From assembly GCA_002269645.1 (NCBI GenBank), contig NIVC01001185.1, positions 124,001-188,000 of the forward strand: DNA of 64,000 nucleotides, in the 5' to 3' direction. This stretch comes from Macrostomum lignano. Taxonomy: Eukaryota. The notes beneath the pieces are model-generated. The model ran no database searches and was not told the origin of the DNA. It saw only the letters and a program-made list of their open reading frames with translations. Shown here in pieces: positions 52,186 through 63,708 of this stretch (position 1 is its first letter; each line of letters begins with the position of its first letter). The position numbers were made by a program, and so were the translations under genes.

Positions 52186-53635
52186 CTACACGCTACTATC
52201 AGCAGAGCTGTCAGCAGTAGTAGCGGCGGTTGTAACGCGAGAAGCGGTGCTGTTGCTGGTTGCAGCGGTGCAGACGCACTCCGTGGGGCCGTTGGACAGC
52301 ACAGCCTCGTAGAAGACCCACAGGAGAAAGGCCAGGCCCAGGATTAGTGCTAAGCAGACAAGGGCAGCACGATAGCGTTTAACCAGGTGTAAAAACTGAT
52401 TACCCGGGTTGCTAGGCCGGGGCAGTTGTCCTGCAGAAACGGATTCTTCTCCTAGTAGCAGCTCAACGTCCCCGTCGTCTGCGTTTGTTGTGTTATTGTT
52501 GATCCTCAACTGATGCGGCGGCTGACCTGATGAAGAAGCCGGAGGCTGCACCTCAGACTCGATAGAGGCGAGTAGAGCTCTTGTATTGCTGATGAACAAT
52601 CGGCGATTGTCTGTTAAGGAAGCTGACTGCTGGGAGCCCGGCGGCTGGTGCTGCAGCATCGAGCGCAGCGTCTCGTGCAGATCGTTCAGCTCCCAGGTCA
52701 GACTCTTCAGACTGCGAACCAGCTCGTCTGGGGATTTTTTAACAAACAAAACGGTGGAGAACAAATTTTACTGGAGGGGGCCGGGGCCGTTGAGAGTGAG
52801 CTATAGCGCATTTGCAAGTTAAGCGCAGCTGGATGCGGTTAGTACAGTAGCGATGTACGCAGCTACTCGCATCACCCCTTTAGTTTACCAGCTGTTATTA
52901 CCTACCGATCGATACACTTGTCTCTGGGTCTGTCTAGCATTCTGCCTCTCCGGTGTCGAGAATGGAGAGCACTTCATCTGTGAATGTTCAGGACAGGCTC
53001 ACCTACCTCGACCTAAACCCGGACCTCTCCGCTCCAACGTTTTCAGAACCGAGAACTTCTGCCAGCTCGTAAACCGTAAGGGCTACCGGACGAGCGACCA
53101 TCCACCTCCTGCTGGACTCTCCGGAGGGGACCGCGCTGCGGACACTGGCAGCAACCGGATCTCCCTGCGGGATACCGCTACACTAGCTGCCCGTGGTCGC
53201 CAGCTGGGTTAGCGGAATGGGCATTCAGGTGCCCGGAGCCCTGCAGCTAAAAGTCAAGTCAGCTAACTCCAAGACAATCCAATAATTAATACTCATTCTA
53301 AGGGTTATACCCCTAACACCATAACTTTGCGTACGTCGTCACAGGTTACCCGGTGCGAATTGCGGCAACAAAAAACCGGCCTGGGCCAAAATGTCATCAA
53401 CCTTTGCAGCAGGTCCATGGGCAGGCAATAGTTTCCAACGCTTACCTGTAAGCCATCTGAACTCGTCCTGCAGCAAATCAGCTGGAACCGCGTCCGCAGC
53501 CCTGTCGCCGTCTCCATGCTCATGAGAATCAGCAGATTTAAGCGCTCTCCATCGATCGAAGCTTCTCTGCAACGCTTTGAGCTTCTCCTCCAGAGCCTGC
53601 TGGTCTACAGAAAATGGATCAGTTTCTTGGTCCAT
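52186..53635 (-). CDS. Syntaxin-6 N-terminal-domain membrane protein without a SNARE motif (~243 aa), complement(join(52186..52727,53446..53635))
   Basis: DPFSVDQQAL..LQRSFDRW...FRWLT|DELVRSLKSLTWELNDLHETL...RRLFISNTR matches Syntaxin-6_N. Phase-1 GT-AG intron; TM segment AALVCLALILGLAFLLWVFY. Confidence 0.75.
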
Positions 53636-54884
53636 TCTTTTTCCTGCAGTAAATACCTTAGACCAGTAACACAGTTGGGTTAGCGTTTTATCGGCTATAG
53701 TGAGACACCATATATCTACGTGCATTTACAGAAATGAAATCAAAAGGTCTTATTAATCAGCCAAGTTAAACCTTATCTATCAATGATATGTGCTGGCAGC
53801 GAGTCCATTTGTTGGTGCTCTCTACCTTGTGCTTGCAATTTCAACCGTATTTTTAAAGCACAAGTACAATCGCTGCATATTTATTAAAAATCTGCAGTAG
53901 ATTTTTAGTAGTTTCACACCAGGGAGCGCGGGCGCAATGAACAGATTCTTACTTTTAATTTTTTCCGAGTTATTGTACAAAAGCAAAAGACTTACATTTG
54001 TAGAAACACTGGAAGGGACCTCAAAATGTCTTTCTTCATTTTGCTTTTCAATAATCGGCACAAATTTCATTATTCTATGGCTTTACCCGAGTCAGGCTTG
54101 CAGCCAAGCCAAGTTGACAACCAAGCCAAAAAGTTGATCATTCTCATTTGGCAGCAGTAGATTTGGTCTTGCCCATAGACATAACATCGACGGGAAAAGG
54201 CAATCAAACTGATTATTCGGCCATAGACATTGCCACAAAGAATTAGGACGCCGGCAGCAAACCAGTTGAAATACAGACAACACTATGAACGACTATAAAA
54301 GTCCCACTCGTCACGGCGCATACTACACAATCTACCATTCGTCGTCTATTGTCCGAAGTACATGTAAGTAGCTTCCAAGAAGTACCCGTCTGTTATCTTA
54401 AGCTTTATAAAATTGGTCCATGGTAAAAGTTGTCCATGGGCGCACAGCGGCCCTGACTGGGGAAAAGTCGTGTAATACATTACACGATTCTCCAAAATAA
54501 CAGAATCAAGGGCATTCGCTAATCAGCCTATCTGCTAAAAAACGGAATCAATGGAAAAATTGTTTTCTTTTTTTCGCAAGAAAATTCGCAAAAAAATACT
54601 ATTATCTGTTTAGTCTTTATTCAAACTGCTGTGTAAATGAGTAAACAACGCACTGATGTACATGTACATAGAATGCATGAAAATTGTATGAAAATGCAAT
54701 GGGAAAAACAATTTGAACTGCAGATTTAAATTTTTTTGTACTTACTACTAAAATGTTACTACTGCAAGTAAGAGGAGTAGGAATCTATCTAGAACGTCTT
54801 AAATAGATAAAGCGGAAACAATGCAATTAAATAAAAACAAAAACACAGTAAATGCCAACTGAGATTGCACTCTTGTCACTTTAG

Positions 54885-55442
54885 GGAATTTGTTTGGGGA
54901 ATTAGTCAATCTGAAAGAGTTCATTCAGAGAATTAGTCACTCTGAGGGAACTCATTCGAAGATATTAGTCACTCTCAGAGAATTCATTCGGGTGAATTAG
55001 TCAAATTAAGAGGAGAATTCATTTGAGGAATTAGTCATTTTAAGAGGAGAATCAATTTGGGGGAATTAGTCACTTTGAGAGGGGAATTAATTTGGAAAAT
55101 CAGTCATTTTAAGAGTAGAATAAATTTGGGGGAATTATTCAATTTAAGAGGGAATTCATTTGGGGAATCAGTTATTTTAAGTCATTCAATCATTTGGGCG
55201 AATTAGTCATTATAAGAGGGGAATTCATTTGGGGTATTAGTCAATTTAAGAGGGAATTCCTTTGGGCGAACTAGTTGTTTATAAGAGGGGAATTCATTTA
55301 AGGAATTAGTCACTTTAGGAGGGGAATTCATTTGGAGGAATTAGTCACTCTAAAAGGGGAATTAGTCACTCTAAAAGGGGAATTAGTCACTCTAAAAGGG
55401 GAATTAGTCGCTCTAAAAGGGAATTAATCCTGGAGGAATTAG
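54885..55442. repeat. Degenerate GAATTAGTCACT/GGGGAATTCATTT array abutting the CNTD1 stop
   Basis: Direct observation. Confidence 0.85.
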
Positions 55443-58400
55443 TCACCGCAGCAGGAATTCATCCGACGCCCCAGTCTGAGCAGCCAGCTGCGAGAAGATG
55501 AGGCCGGTGCAGGCCAAAACCAGTCCAACGGGCTGTCCAGTGACATCAGCCAGAAGGCCGGCCAGCTCTCGCAGACAGTTGCTAGGCCGTTGCTGGGCAG
55601 GCAGCAGGGCGGCTGCGCAGACAATGGGAGCCACGGTGTGCAGACAGAGCAGCCGACGCCGCCTCAGACAATGGCCGTCAAGATTGGCTAATTGGCTGTC
55701 ATCGGCCCTGTACAGCAGGTCGCAGCGCCTGTAGCAGAAATTGATAATCCTGCGAAGCTGATCGAAAATCGACTGTCCGACAGTTAAAAACGCAAACCGG
55801 CGGCCCAGCTCGGCCAGATGATAGGCGGCAACCTCGACTGCGCAGTCGAAGTTTAACGAATAGTTCAGAGCGGCGAAGGCCAGTTGCTCTGTCTCCACGT
55901 ATTGGCGCCTAGCAGCCCGGCGACTGTGCCCTGCCAGCGGCGGCACCCCCAACAAGCCCAGCAAGTCGACAGCGTCGGTTTTGCCGAATAGAATTCGAGA
56001 AGCGCGCAGTTTCATGGCTAGCGAAAACGCCACGGTCAGCACTGTGAGCGGGAATTTGCGCCGGACAGACTGGAAAGTTTTTAGGAAAATTTTGAAGCTT
56101 TTTATTATTTCATTTAAGCTGACCTACTAGCGGTAGTAGAGTTTGCAAACGCTTAGAAATTCGATAAAAATACTTTAAAACAAGACCATATTAAGGTTGC
56201 TTATACCATTGTAATTGAATTCTAAAAGTAGTTTATGGCAGATTCTTAAGGTAGTTCGGTGAGGCTCTGCAACCAACTGACTGCCAAACCTAACCCTAAC
56301 CTAAAAACCGAAACCCTAAGCCTAAAAACCATAAGACTAACTTAAAACCACATTCCAAACCTAAAACCATAACCCTAACCAAAAAAACCATAACCCAAAC
56401 CGAAAACCATAGCTCTAACATAAAAAGCATAACACTAACCTAAAAACCAACACCCCTAACATAAAACCCAAAACCCTTAACCTAAAACCATAACCCTAAC
56501 CTAAAAACCAACACCCCTAACATAAAACCCAAAACCCTTAACCTAAAACCATAACCCTAACCTAAAACCATAACCCCAACCTAAAAACCATAACCCTAAC
56601 CTAAAAACCATAACGCTAACCTAAAAACCTTAACACTAACTTAAAACCATAACCCTAACCTAAAACCATAACCCCAACCTAAAAACTATAACCCTAACTT
56701 AAAAACCATAAGCCAAAACAAAACCATAGCCCTAACCTAAATAACCATAACACTAACCTAAAAACCAACACTCCTAACCTCAAAACCGAAACCCTTAACC
56801 CAAAAAACCATAACGCTAACCTAAAACCATAACCCTAACCTAGAAATCATAACCCTAACCTAAATCCGAAATTTCTAACCTAAAAACTTAAACTCTTACT
56901 AAAAACCATAACCATAACCAAAAAACAATAACCCAAACCGAAAACCATAACCCTAACCAAAAAACAATAACCCAAACCGAAAACCATAGCCCTAACCAAA
57001 AAACCATAACGCTAACCCAAAAACCATAACGCTAACCTAAAACCATAACCCCAACCTAAAAACCATAACCCCAACCTAAAAACCATAACCCCAACCTAAA
57101 AACCATAACCCCAACCTAAAAACCATAACCCCAACCTAAAAACCATAACCCCAAGCTAAAAACCATAACCCTAACCTAAATCCGAAATTTCTAACCTAAA
57201 AACTTAAACTCTTACTAAAAACCATAACCATAACCAAAAAACAATAACCCAAACCGAAAACCATAACCCTAACCAAAAAACAATAACCCAAACCGAAAAC
57301 CATAGCCCTAACCAAAAAACCATAACGCTAACCCAAAAACCATAACGCTAACCTAAAACCATAACCCCAACCTAAAACCATAACCCCAACCTAAAAACCA
57401 TAACCCCAACCTAAAAACCATAACCCCAACCTAAAAACCATAACCCCAACCTAAAAACCATAACCCCAACCTAAAAACCATAACCCCAACCTAAAAACCA
57501 TAACCCCAACCTAAAAACCATAACCCCAACCTAAAAACCATAACCCCAACCTAAAAACCATAACCCCAAGCTAAAAACCATAACCCTAACCTAAACCAGA
57601 AGATAGCTACATGGTTTCACCTGGCTACTCCGCCGGAACGGGAACCGATTTCCCCACTCCACGCAGATCCAGTACCGCAGCAGCCGGCAGAAGATTTCCA
57701 CAGCTAGCCTGGCAACACCGCCGGACAGTCTCAGCAGGCGACAGATCGTGAACAGCAGACGAGCTGCTTCGGCGATAGTCTGCTGAAGTCGGCCATCCAG
57801 CCGGCCGCAGCGGATTAAATAAACATTTAGCGACCGATCCCGGGGACGACAAACTCCTGTGGCCAGCTGGGGAAACCGACGACCAGTGATGTCGATAAGA
57901 CCCGGCGGCAGCTGAGGATGAGGATATGATGAGGCCAACAGGGAGGCGGGCGAGAAGTCGGCAGCTGGAGAAGATAGCAAGTTATCGACATGCGGATTGT
58001 GCCGTGCACTCTTCTGGTGTCGTTGCCGCCGTCGCTGCTGCCATTGTCGCTTTTGTGAAGCCTGTGGATGCTGCCACGTTGCGGGCGACGGCTGCTGCTG
58101 AAAGTTAGCAGACGGAGAGCTCATTAGCACAGAAATGTGCAATAGAGCCAGCACAGCAACAGAAGCCACGTTTTATAAGGTCGACAGTATAAGTGCTAGG
58201 GTGCACCTGAATAACTGCTAGGGTGCACCTGAATAACTGCTAGGGTGCACCTGAGTAACTGCTAGGGTGCACCTGAGAAACTGCTAGGGTGCACCTGAAA
58301 CTTCACCTGAATAACTGCTAGGGTGCACCTGAATAACTGCTAGGGTGCACCTGAAACTTCACCTGAATAACTGCTAGGGTGCACCTGAATAACTGCTAGG

Positions 58401-58736
58401 GTGCACCTGAATAACTGCTAGGGTGCACCTGAATAACTGCTAGGGTGCACCTGAATAACTGCTAGGGTGCACCTGAATAACTGCTAGGGTGCACCTGAGT
58501 AACTGCTAGGGTGCACCTGAGAAACTGCTAGGGTGCACCTGAAACTTCACCTGAATAACTGCTAGGGTGCACCTGAATAACTGCTAGGGTGCACCTGAAT
58601 AACTGCTAGGGTGCACCTGAATAACTGCTAGCGTGCACCTGAATAACTGCTAGGGTGCACCTGAATAACTGCTAGGGTGCACCTGAATAACTGCTAGGGT
58701 GCACCTGAGTAACTTCACAGGAAAAGGATGCCGCAT
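55443..58736 (-). CDS. CNTD1: Cyclin N-terminal domain-containing protein 1 (CNTD1/COSA-1-like), complement(join(55443..56069,57621..58097,58719..58736)); alternative start at ATG 58124
   Basis: Cyclin-box-like LSGGVARLAVEIFCRLL, RRKFPLTVLTVAFSLAMKL, YVETEQLAFAALNYSL and LADVTGQPV resemble CNTD1. Phase-0 junctions. The mini exon MRHPFP is inferred from a GTGAAG donor and a CTAAC..TTTCAG acceptor. Confidence 0.7.
56290..57595. repeat. Telomere-like ~19-20-bp satellite (AACCCTAACCTAAAAACCAT) with a ~316-bp duplication, CNTD1 intron
   Basis: Many units contain TAACCC/CCCTAA; block AAATCCGAAATTTCTAACC recurs near 56862 and 57178. Confidence 0.9.
58190..58715. repeat. 22-bp minisatellite (CTGCTAGGGTGCACCTGAATAA), probable CNTD1 intron 1
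   Basis: Direct observation. Confidence 0.95.
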
Positions 58737-59279
58737 AGACTAGAATCAGTAAATATAAGTATATATTAAATATAAGTATAATGCAACACGCAAAAGAATA
58801 CACGAGTAAAAGTGCTCACAAGCTGCGGGACACAATTAGCTTGAATGTATTTCAGCTTGAACATAATAAAACTTTTTTCATTAAAATTTTTAGAAGCAGT
58901 AGTAATGATCAAAAGAAAAGATTCAGAGTTCAGCTGATAAACTAATGAAGCGACTAGAATACATACATACAGCTAAATAAGGATCCTTAATACAGGAAAT
59001 AATAGTACAGAATAGAAGATATATTACATCGGAACTCTGCAAGCATGACATCAGCACATCCGGAATTGGAAGAAATACTGTACACAGAGATTAAGCAGCA
59101 TAAACTGTTATATCTGGTAAATCTGAATAAAAATCTGTAACTTCTAGTTCTAACTAGGTCATATAAGGGTCGTTAGACAGGGAAACTGGGTTAAATAATT
59201 ATTTATTTATTTAGGTAAAAGGCTATCTCAGGGGTCAATTCAAGGTCAAAGAGGTCGAATAAGTCCCTACGGAATCCCT

Positions 59280-59940
59280 CTAGGTCACTCGGGGTCACGT
59301 AGCCTTCAAGGTCACTCGGGGTCACGTAGCCTTCAAGGTCACTCGGGGTCACGTAGGGACAATCCTTCAAGGTCACACGGGGTCAAATAGGGACAATCCT
59401 CCAGGGTCTTAAGGGGTCACGTAGGGACAATCCACCAGGGTCACACGGGGTCACGTAGGGACAATCCTCCAGGGTCTTTAGGGGTCACGTAGGGACAATC
59501 CTCCAGGGTCTTAAGGGGTCACGTAGGGACAATCCACCAGGGTCACACGGGGTCACGTAGGGACAATCCTCCAGGGTCTTAAGGGGTCACGTAGGGACAA
59601 TCCTCCAGGGTCTTAAGGGGTCACGTAGGGACAATCCACCAGGGTCACACGGGGTCACGTAGGGACAATCCTCCAGGGTCTTAAGGGGTCACGTAGGGAC
59701 AATCCATCAGGGTCACACGGGGTCACGTAGGGACAATCCTCCAGGGTCTTAAGGGGTCACGTAGGGACAATCCACCAGGGTCACACGGGGTCACGTAGGG
59801 ACAATCCTCCAGGGTCTTAAGGGGTCACGTAGGGACAATCCACCAGGGTCACACGGGGTCACGTAGGGACAACCCTTCAAGGTCACACGGGGTCACGTAG
59901 GGACAATCCTCCAGGGTCTTAAGGGGTCACGTCGGGACAA
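59280..59940. repeat. 34-bp minisatellite (GGGGTCACGTAGGGACAATCCTCCAGGGTCTTAA / ..CCACCAGGGTCACAC), 3' of KCTD3
   Basis: Direct observation; two alternating variants. Confidence 0.95.
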
Positions 59941-60009
59941 AGCTACAATCAAATAGTGTCTCTAGCTTAAGCCGTGGAAAGTCAAGGTCACACGAGGTCA
60001 CGCGCGGTC

Positions 60010-63000
60010 TCAGGTGTCCGGCAGGCCGCTAGACACGCTGCTAGACGGCGTCAGATGGCAGCTCTCCAACAGGCTGACTAATTCGCGCGGTGTCGGCCCG
60101 CCGACGTGACCGGAGTAGCCACTGCCGGAGCAACCGCCGCCGGAAGCGGTTGCGGCGATTGTTGCAGCAGCCGCCGTAGCCGCGGTCACGTGACGTTGGG
60201 TGGCAACGCCAGCCGAAGCCCCGGACAAAAGGCAGCTGGGCGGTCGGGCGCCGGCGTCGGAGTTTGGCGGCAGCTGCTCCAACGCGGTGGTCAGATCCCA
60301 CATCTGCAGACTGCCGTTGGCGTGGCCGGTGATGAGGTAGCGCCGCGGCCGGGACCCCAGTCGCGAGCTGCAGCCCTCGTATTCGTGAGTGGCAAAGGCG
60401 GTGATTGCCGAGCCGTCAACAGAACGGATTGTGCAGACTCGGCGGCCATTCGGTGCCAGCCGGATGAAGAGGGAACTGGCAGCTGGGAGCACCTGAGATT
60501 GGGAGGCGGGTGGGGATAGGGATAGCCTCATGGGATACGGAACCAATGGGATACGGAACCAATGGGATACGGAACCAGTGGGATACGGAACCAATGGGAT
60601 ACGGAACCAGTGGGATACGGAACCAATGGGATACGGAACCAATGGGATACGGAACCAATGGGATATGGAACCAATGGGATACGGAATCAATGGGATATGG
60701 AACAAATGGGATACGGAACCAATGGGATACGGAACCAATGGGATATGGAACCAATGGGATACGGAACCAATGGGATACGGAACCAATGGGATACGGAACC
60801 AATGGGATACGGAACCAATGGGATACGGAATCAAAGGGATACGGAATCAAAGGGATACGGAACCAATGGGATACGGAATCGATAAAGCCAATCTAAAGAA
60901 ATCGCACCTGTTGCACAAAGATCTGCAGATCGTCTTTCTCGCCGTGCGGCCCCGGATGCCGACCGGGCGAGCAGCTGAAGTGCAACACGTGAAAGCTAGC
61001 TAGCGGCGTACTGCCGGGCTGGGTGCTGATCATGCCGCGAAATCTGGTCACCTGCCAGCTGCGCACGTGACCCAACTCTGAGCAGACGCTGATCAGATGC
61101 CGCTCGGATAAGCTGACATGTTCCACTGGCCGGCGATGAACGCTGAATGTCTGGAATAGCTGAGGCGCGTGACCCGGCGTCTCCGGGTGCTGTACTATGA
61201 CGCGCACGAGGCCGCTGGCTGTGCCGTAGGCAATCTCTAGCCATTTGCCGCCAGATAGGGATGTCTTAGGAGTCAGGTAGACGCTGAGCGAGGTGACAGC
61301 CTCTTGGCTGGGGTCGCGGTACAGTTCTGTCACTAGCAGGTCGTTGTCTTTCAGTCGCATCTGGTTAAAATAGGTCATTGATAGATAGAAACAGGAGTGA
61401 GTGGGCTGAGTAACTGGGCATACTTCAAGTTCGCCCGGGGTCAACGTCGGAAGAAACTTATAAAGTCATACGGGCCAAGTAGAGATAAGCCCCTAGCGCC
61501 ACGCGGGGTCACTTAGGGACAAATCTGAAGGTCACGCGGGGTCACTTCGGGACAAATTTCAAGGTCACAGTGGTCACGTAGGGCCAGAGCCGCCAGACTC
61601 AAGGTCACGCATAGTCACTGAATTCAAAAACAGTGGGGAATGAGTGTGAGAGTTGGCGGTGATGCATCGCATCTCACGTTAAGCCTCACACTAAGGTCAT
61701 CGGTTCGATCTTCACGTGGCGTTGTGAGAACACATAAAAACATGCGACTTACAGGCAGTTTCTCCATGTCAATATGACAGATTTGGCCATTGGCGCAGCC
61801 TAGCAACAAAAACTCGCTACCGGCAATGTCCAGACTGGTTACTGGGGCGCCAATCGCTTGCAATTGCCAGCTGCCTGTGGCGTGGTGCAACACACCAAGT
61901 GCGCCGGCTCGCCTGGATGATTTTGTTCGTGTTCGTGAGGTTCACCATTATTGCCAAGGAAAAACTCTCAAGTACAAAGGGGACTGAACATGCTTGGGCG
62001 CAACCTTGGGATTCACTCGGCCGTTTCTATTGGCAACACACACATGTAAGTCGCTATTGGACGGAATAGTAGTCACGTGACTGCTCTCAGCCAATAGCGA
62101 CTTACATGTGTGTGTTGCCAATAGAAACGGCCGGGTGATTCCCAAGGTTGCGCATGTATGGTCCGACTGAATGTCTTAAAAGTATTAAAAACCTAAGAGA
62201 CCATCAATGGTGACTAAGTTTATACCTCAATAATTTAGTGCCTCCCCTGTGAGGGGGGGGGGTCAAGATTGCTAGTCTAATATACTAAAAAATTTCTTAA
62301 ACAAAGTCCGACTTGTAAAACCACATCGGAGCAAAGATACGTAGGTAATAAAAATAATCGATTTGGAAGCTATTAAATAAATTGTCAATCTAGTGTTTAA
62401 CAGCTCACCTGCTGACAGCTACCAGCTGGTTGCTAACAAACAGCAGATCATCAACTGGGCCGGGGCTTTTCAACTCTCTAGGCGGTGCGGCGCTAACTGC
62501 GGCGGCGGGGGCAGCGGCTGCGTCGGAGCCCGATCCCGTCGTCGTGTCGTCGACGCCGCCACTGCCAACGCCGCCGCCTGCCGCCGTCTCGGGCACGGCG
62601 AACAGCAGGACGCGATGATCGCCGCCGGAGCTGGCCACGCCCAGCAGGCGATGATCTCGGGCGCTGGCCCCGCTAAGGCGGCCGCTGAGAGCTAGTCGGT
62701 GCACGCGGTCAGGAAAAGCGCCCGGCTGACTCTGCCACACTGGCTGCCAACCGGCCGCCTCCTTCAACCGGTACAGACGGACAGCGTCGTGGGTGGCCAC
62801 GGCTAGCCAGGACTGCTGGCAGCGGATCAGGGTCACCTGCCAGCCAGTGGCAAAAGGAAGTGGAACTTATCAAAAGGTCAAATTAGTGTGCAGACAAAGG
62901 TTACTGATATACAAATACGGCTATAATGAAGCTAATAGTATTAATAATTGAATACATCCACCCTAATGGGCAGATGTGCAACCGACAGCTCAGCCGCACC

Positions 63001-63708
63001 TATTGTGCGGCACAACTGAAGGCTGTGTACGGCTGTTCAGTCCAAGGACTGGGGGGGTCGCCACACATTTTAGAGCTGGGTGAACTGAAGCAATGCAGAG
63101 TTAAGTGTCTTGCTCAAGGACACAAACTGTTATGAGTGGGTCGAGAATCGAACCCCCGACCTTTCAGTCGAGAGTCCGATACTCGAACCATTAGGCTACA
63201 ACCCATTTTGGCTGAAGCTACAAATAATAAAGCTACACACCTCCTGTCCATCGATAGCGCTGATATGAGCATGAAAATAGACACTGCCGCAGGCGCCATA
63301 GTAGGCCTCCTCACAGAGGCTCAGCTTCCTAGACAGGCATGTGACTCCATAGAATTCGGCTTCATTTTTCAGTGCCAACCAATCAACATTATCGCTGCTA
63401 GGCAGGTCCCTGGTGCGCAGGTAGTTAAGGATCAGGGAGAATAGCTTGGGATCGCGATCGATAAAGATGGCGCCAGTCTCGTCTCGCTGAGTGTCCAGAC
63501 TGCCATTGAGCAACGCTCGAAAAAATGTGTCTGGGATAGATAACAGAGTCTGCTGCGATGTTGAGAACCTGTTAAGTAACAATTATTGCATTGTCATCAT
63601 ATTTCTAAAAAAAATAGTCGAAAAATGCTACAAGTTATCATTTTAATTAGCTTACCTTTTCCCACCAACATTAAAGTTGATAATATCTGATTTAATGCTA
63701 TTTGGCAT
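60010..63708 (-). CDS. KCTD3: BTB/POZ-WD40 protein KCTD3/SHKBP1 (634 aa), complement(join(60010..60492,60908..61360,61753..61912,62409..62836,63241..63568,63656..63708))
   Basis: [13 protein letters not shown]...[16 protein letters not shown] domain; [54 protein letters not shown] and [24 protein letters not shown] match KCTD3/SHKBP1. All junctions are in phase. Confidence 0.93.
60528..60880. repeat. 16-bp minisatellite (GGGATACGGAACCAAT), KCTD3 intron 5
   Basis: Direct observation. Confidence 0.95.
61495..61620. repeat. Short degenerate GGGGTCACTTAGGGACAAAT..AAGGTCAC array, KCTD3 intron 4
   Basis: About 3-4 copies; same unit family as 59280-59940. Confidence 0.75.
61998..62153. mobile_element. 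156-bp foldback palindrome (MITE-like / hairpin), KCTD3 intron 3
   Basis: Arms 61998-62060 and 62091-62153 are reverse complements at 61/63 positions. The spacer contains AGTCACGTGACT. No TSD identified. Confidence 0.65.
62930..63203 (-). mobile_element. tRNA-derived CORE-type SINE, KCTD3 intron 2
   Basis: Minus strand: head with A box TAGCCTAATGG and B box GGTTCGATTC, then GTGTCCTTGAGCAAGACACTTAACTCTGCATTGCTTCAGTTCACCCAGCTCTAAAATG resembling the MIR/CORE domain as recalled (no search run), and an AT-rich tail. Confidence 0.75.

Noticed and set aside
60416-61003. ORFs from the GGGATACGGAACCAAT repeat extending the KCTD3 last exon
   Set aside because: The repeat lies in KCTD3 intron 5, bounded by in-phase GT-AG sites that restore the conserved protein.
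63135-63203. Possible tRNA gene
   Set aside because: No complete acceptor stem or T-run terminator, and it continues into a CORE-like domain; called as a SINE head.
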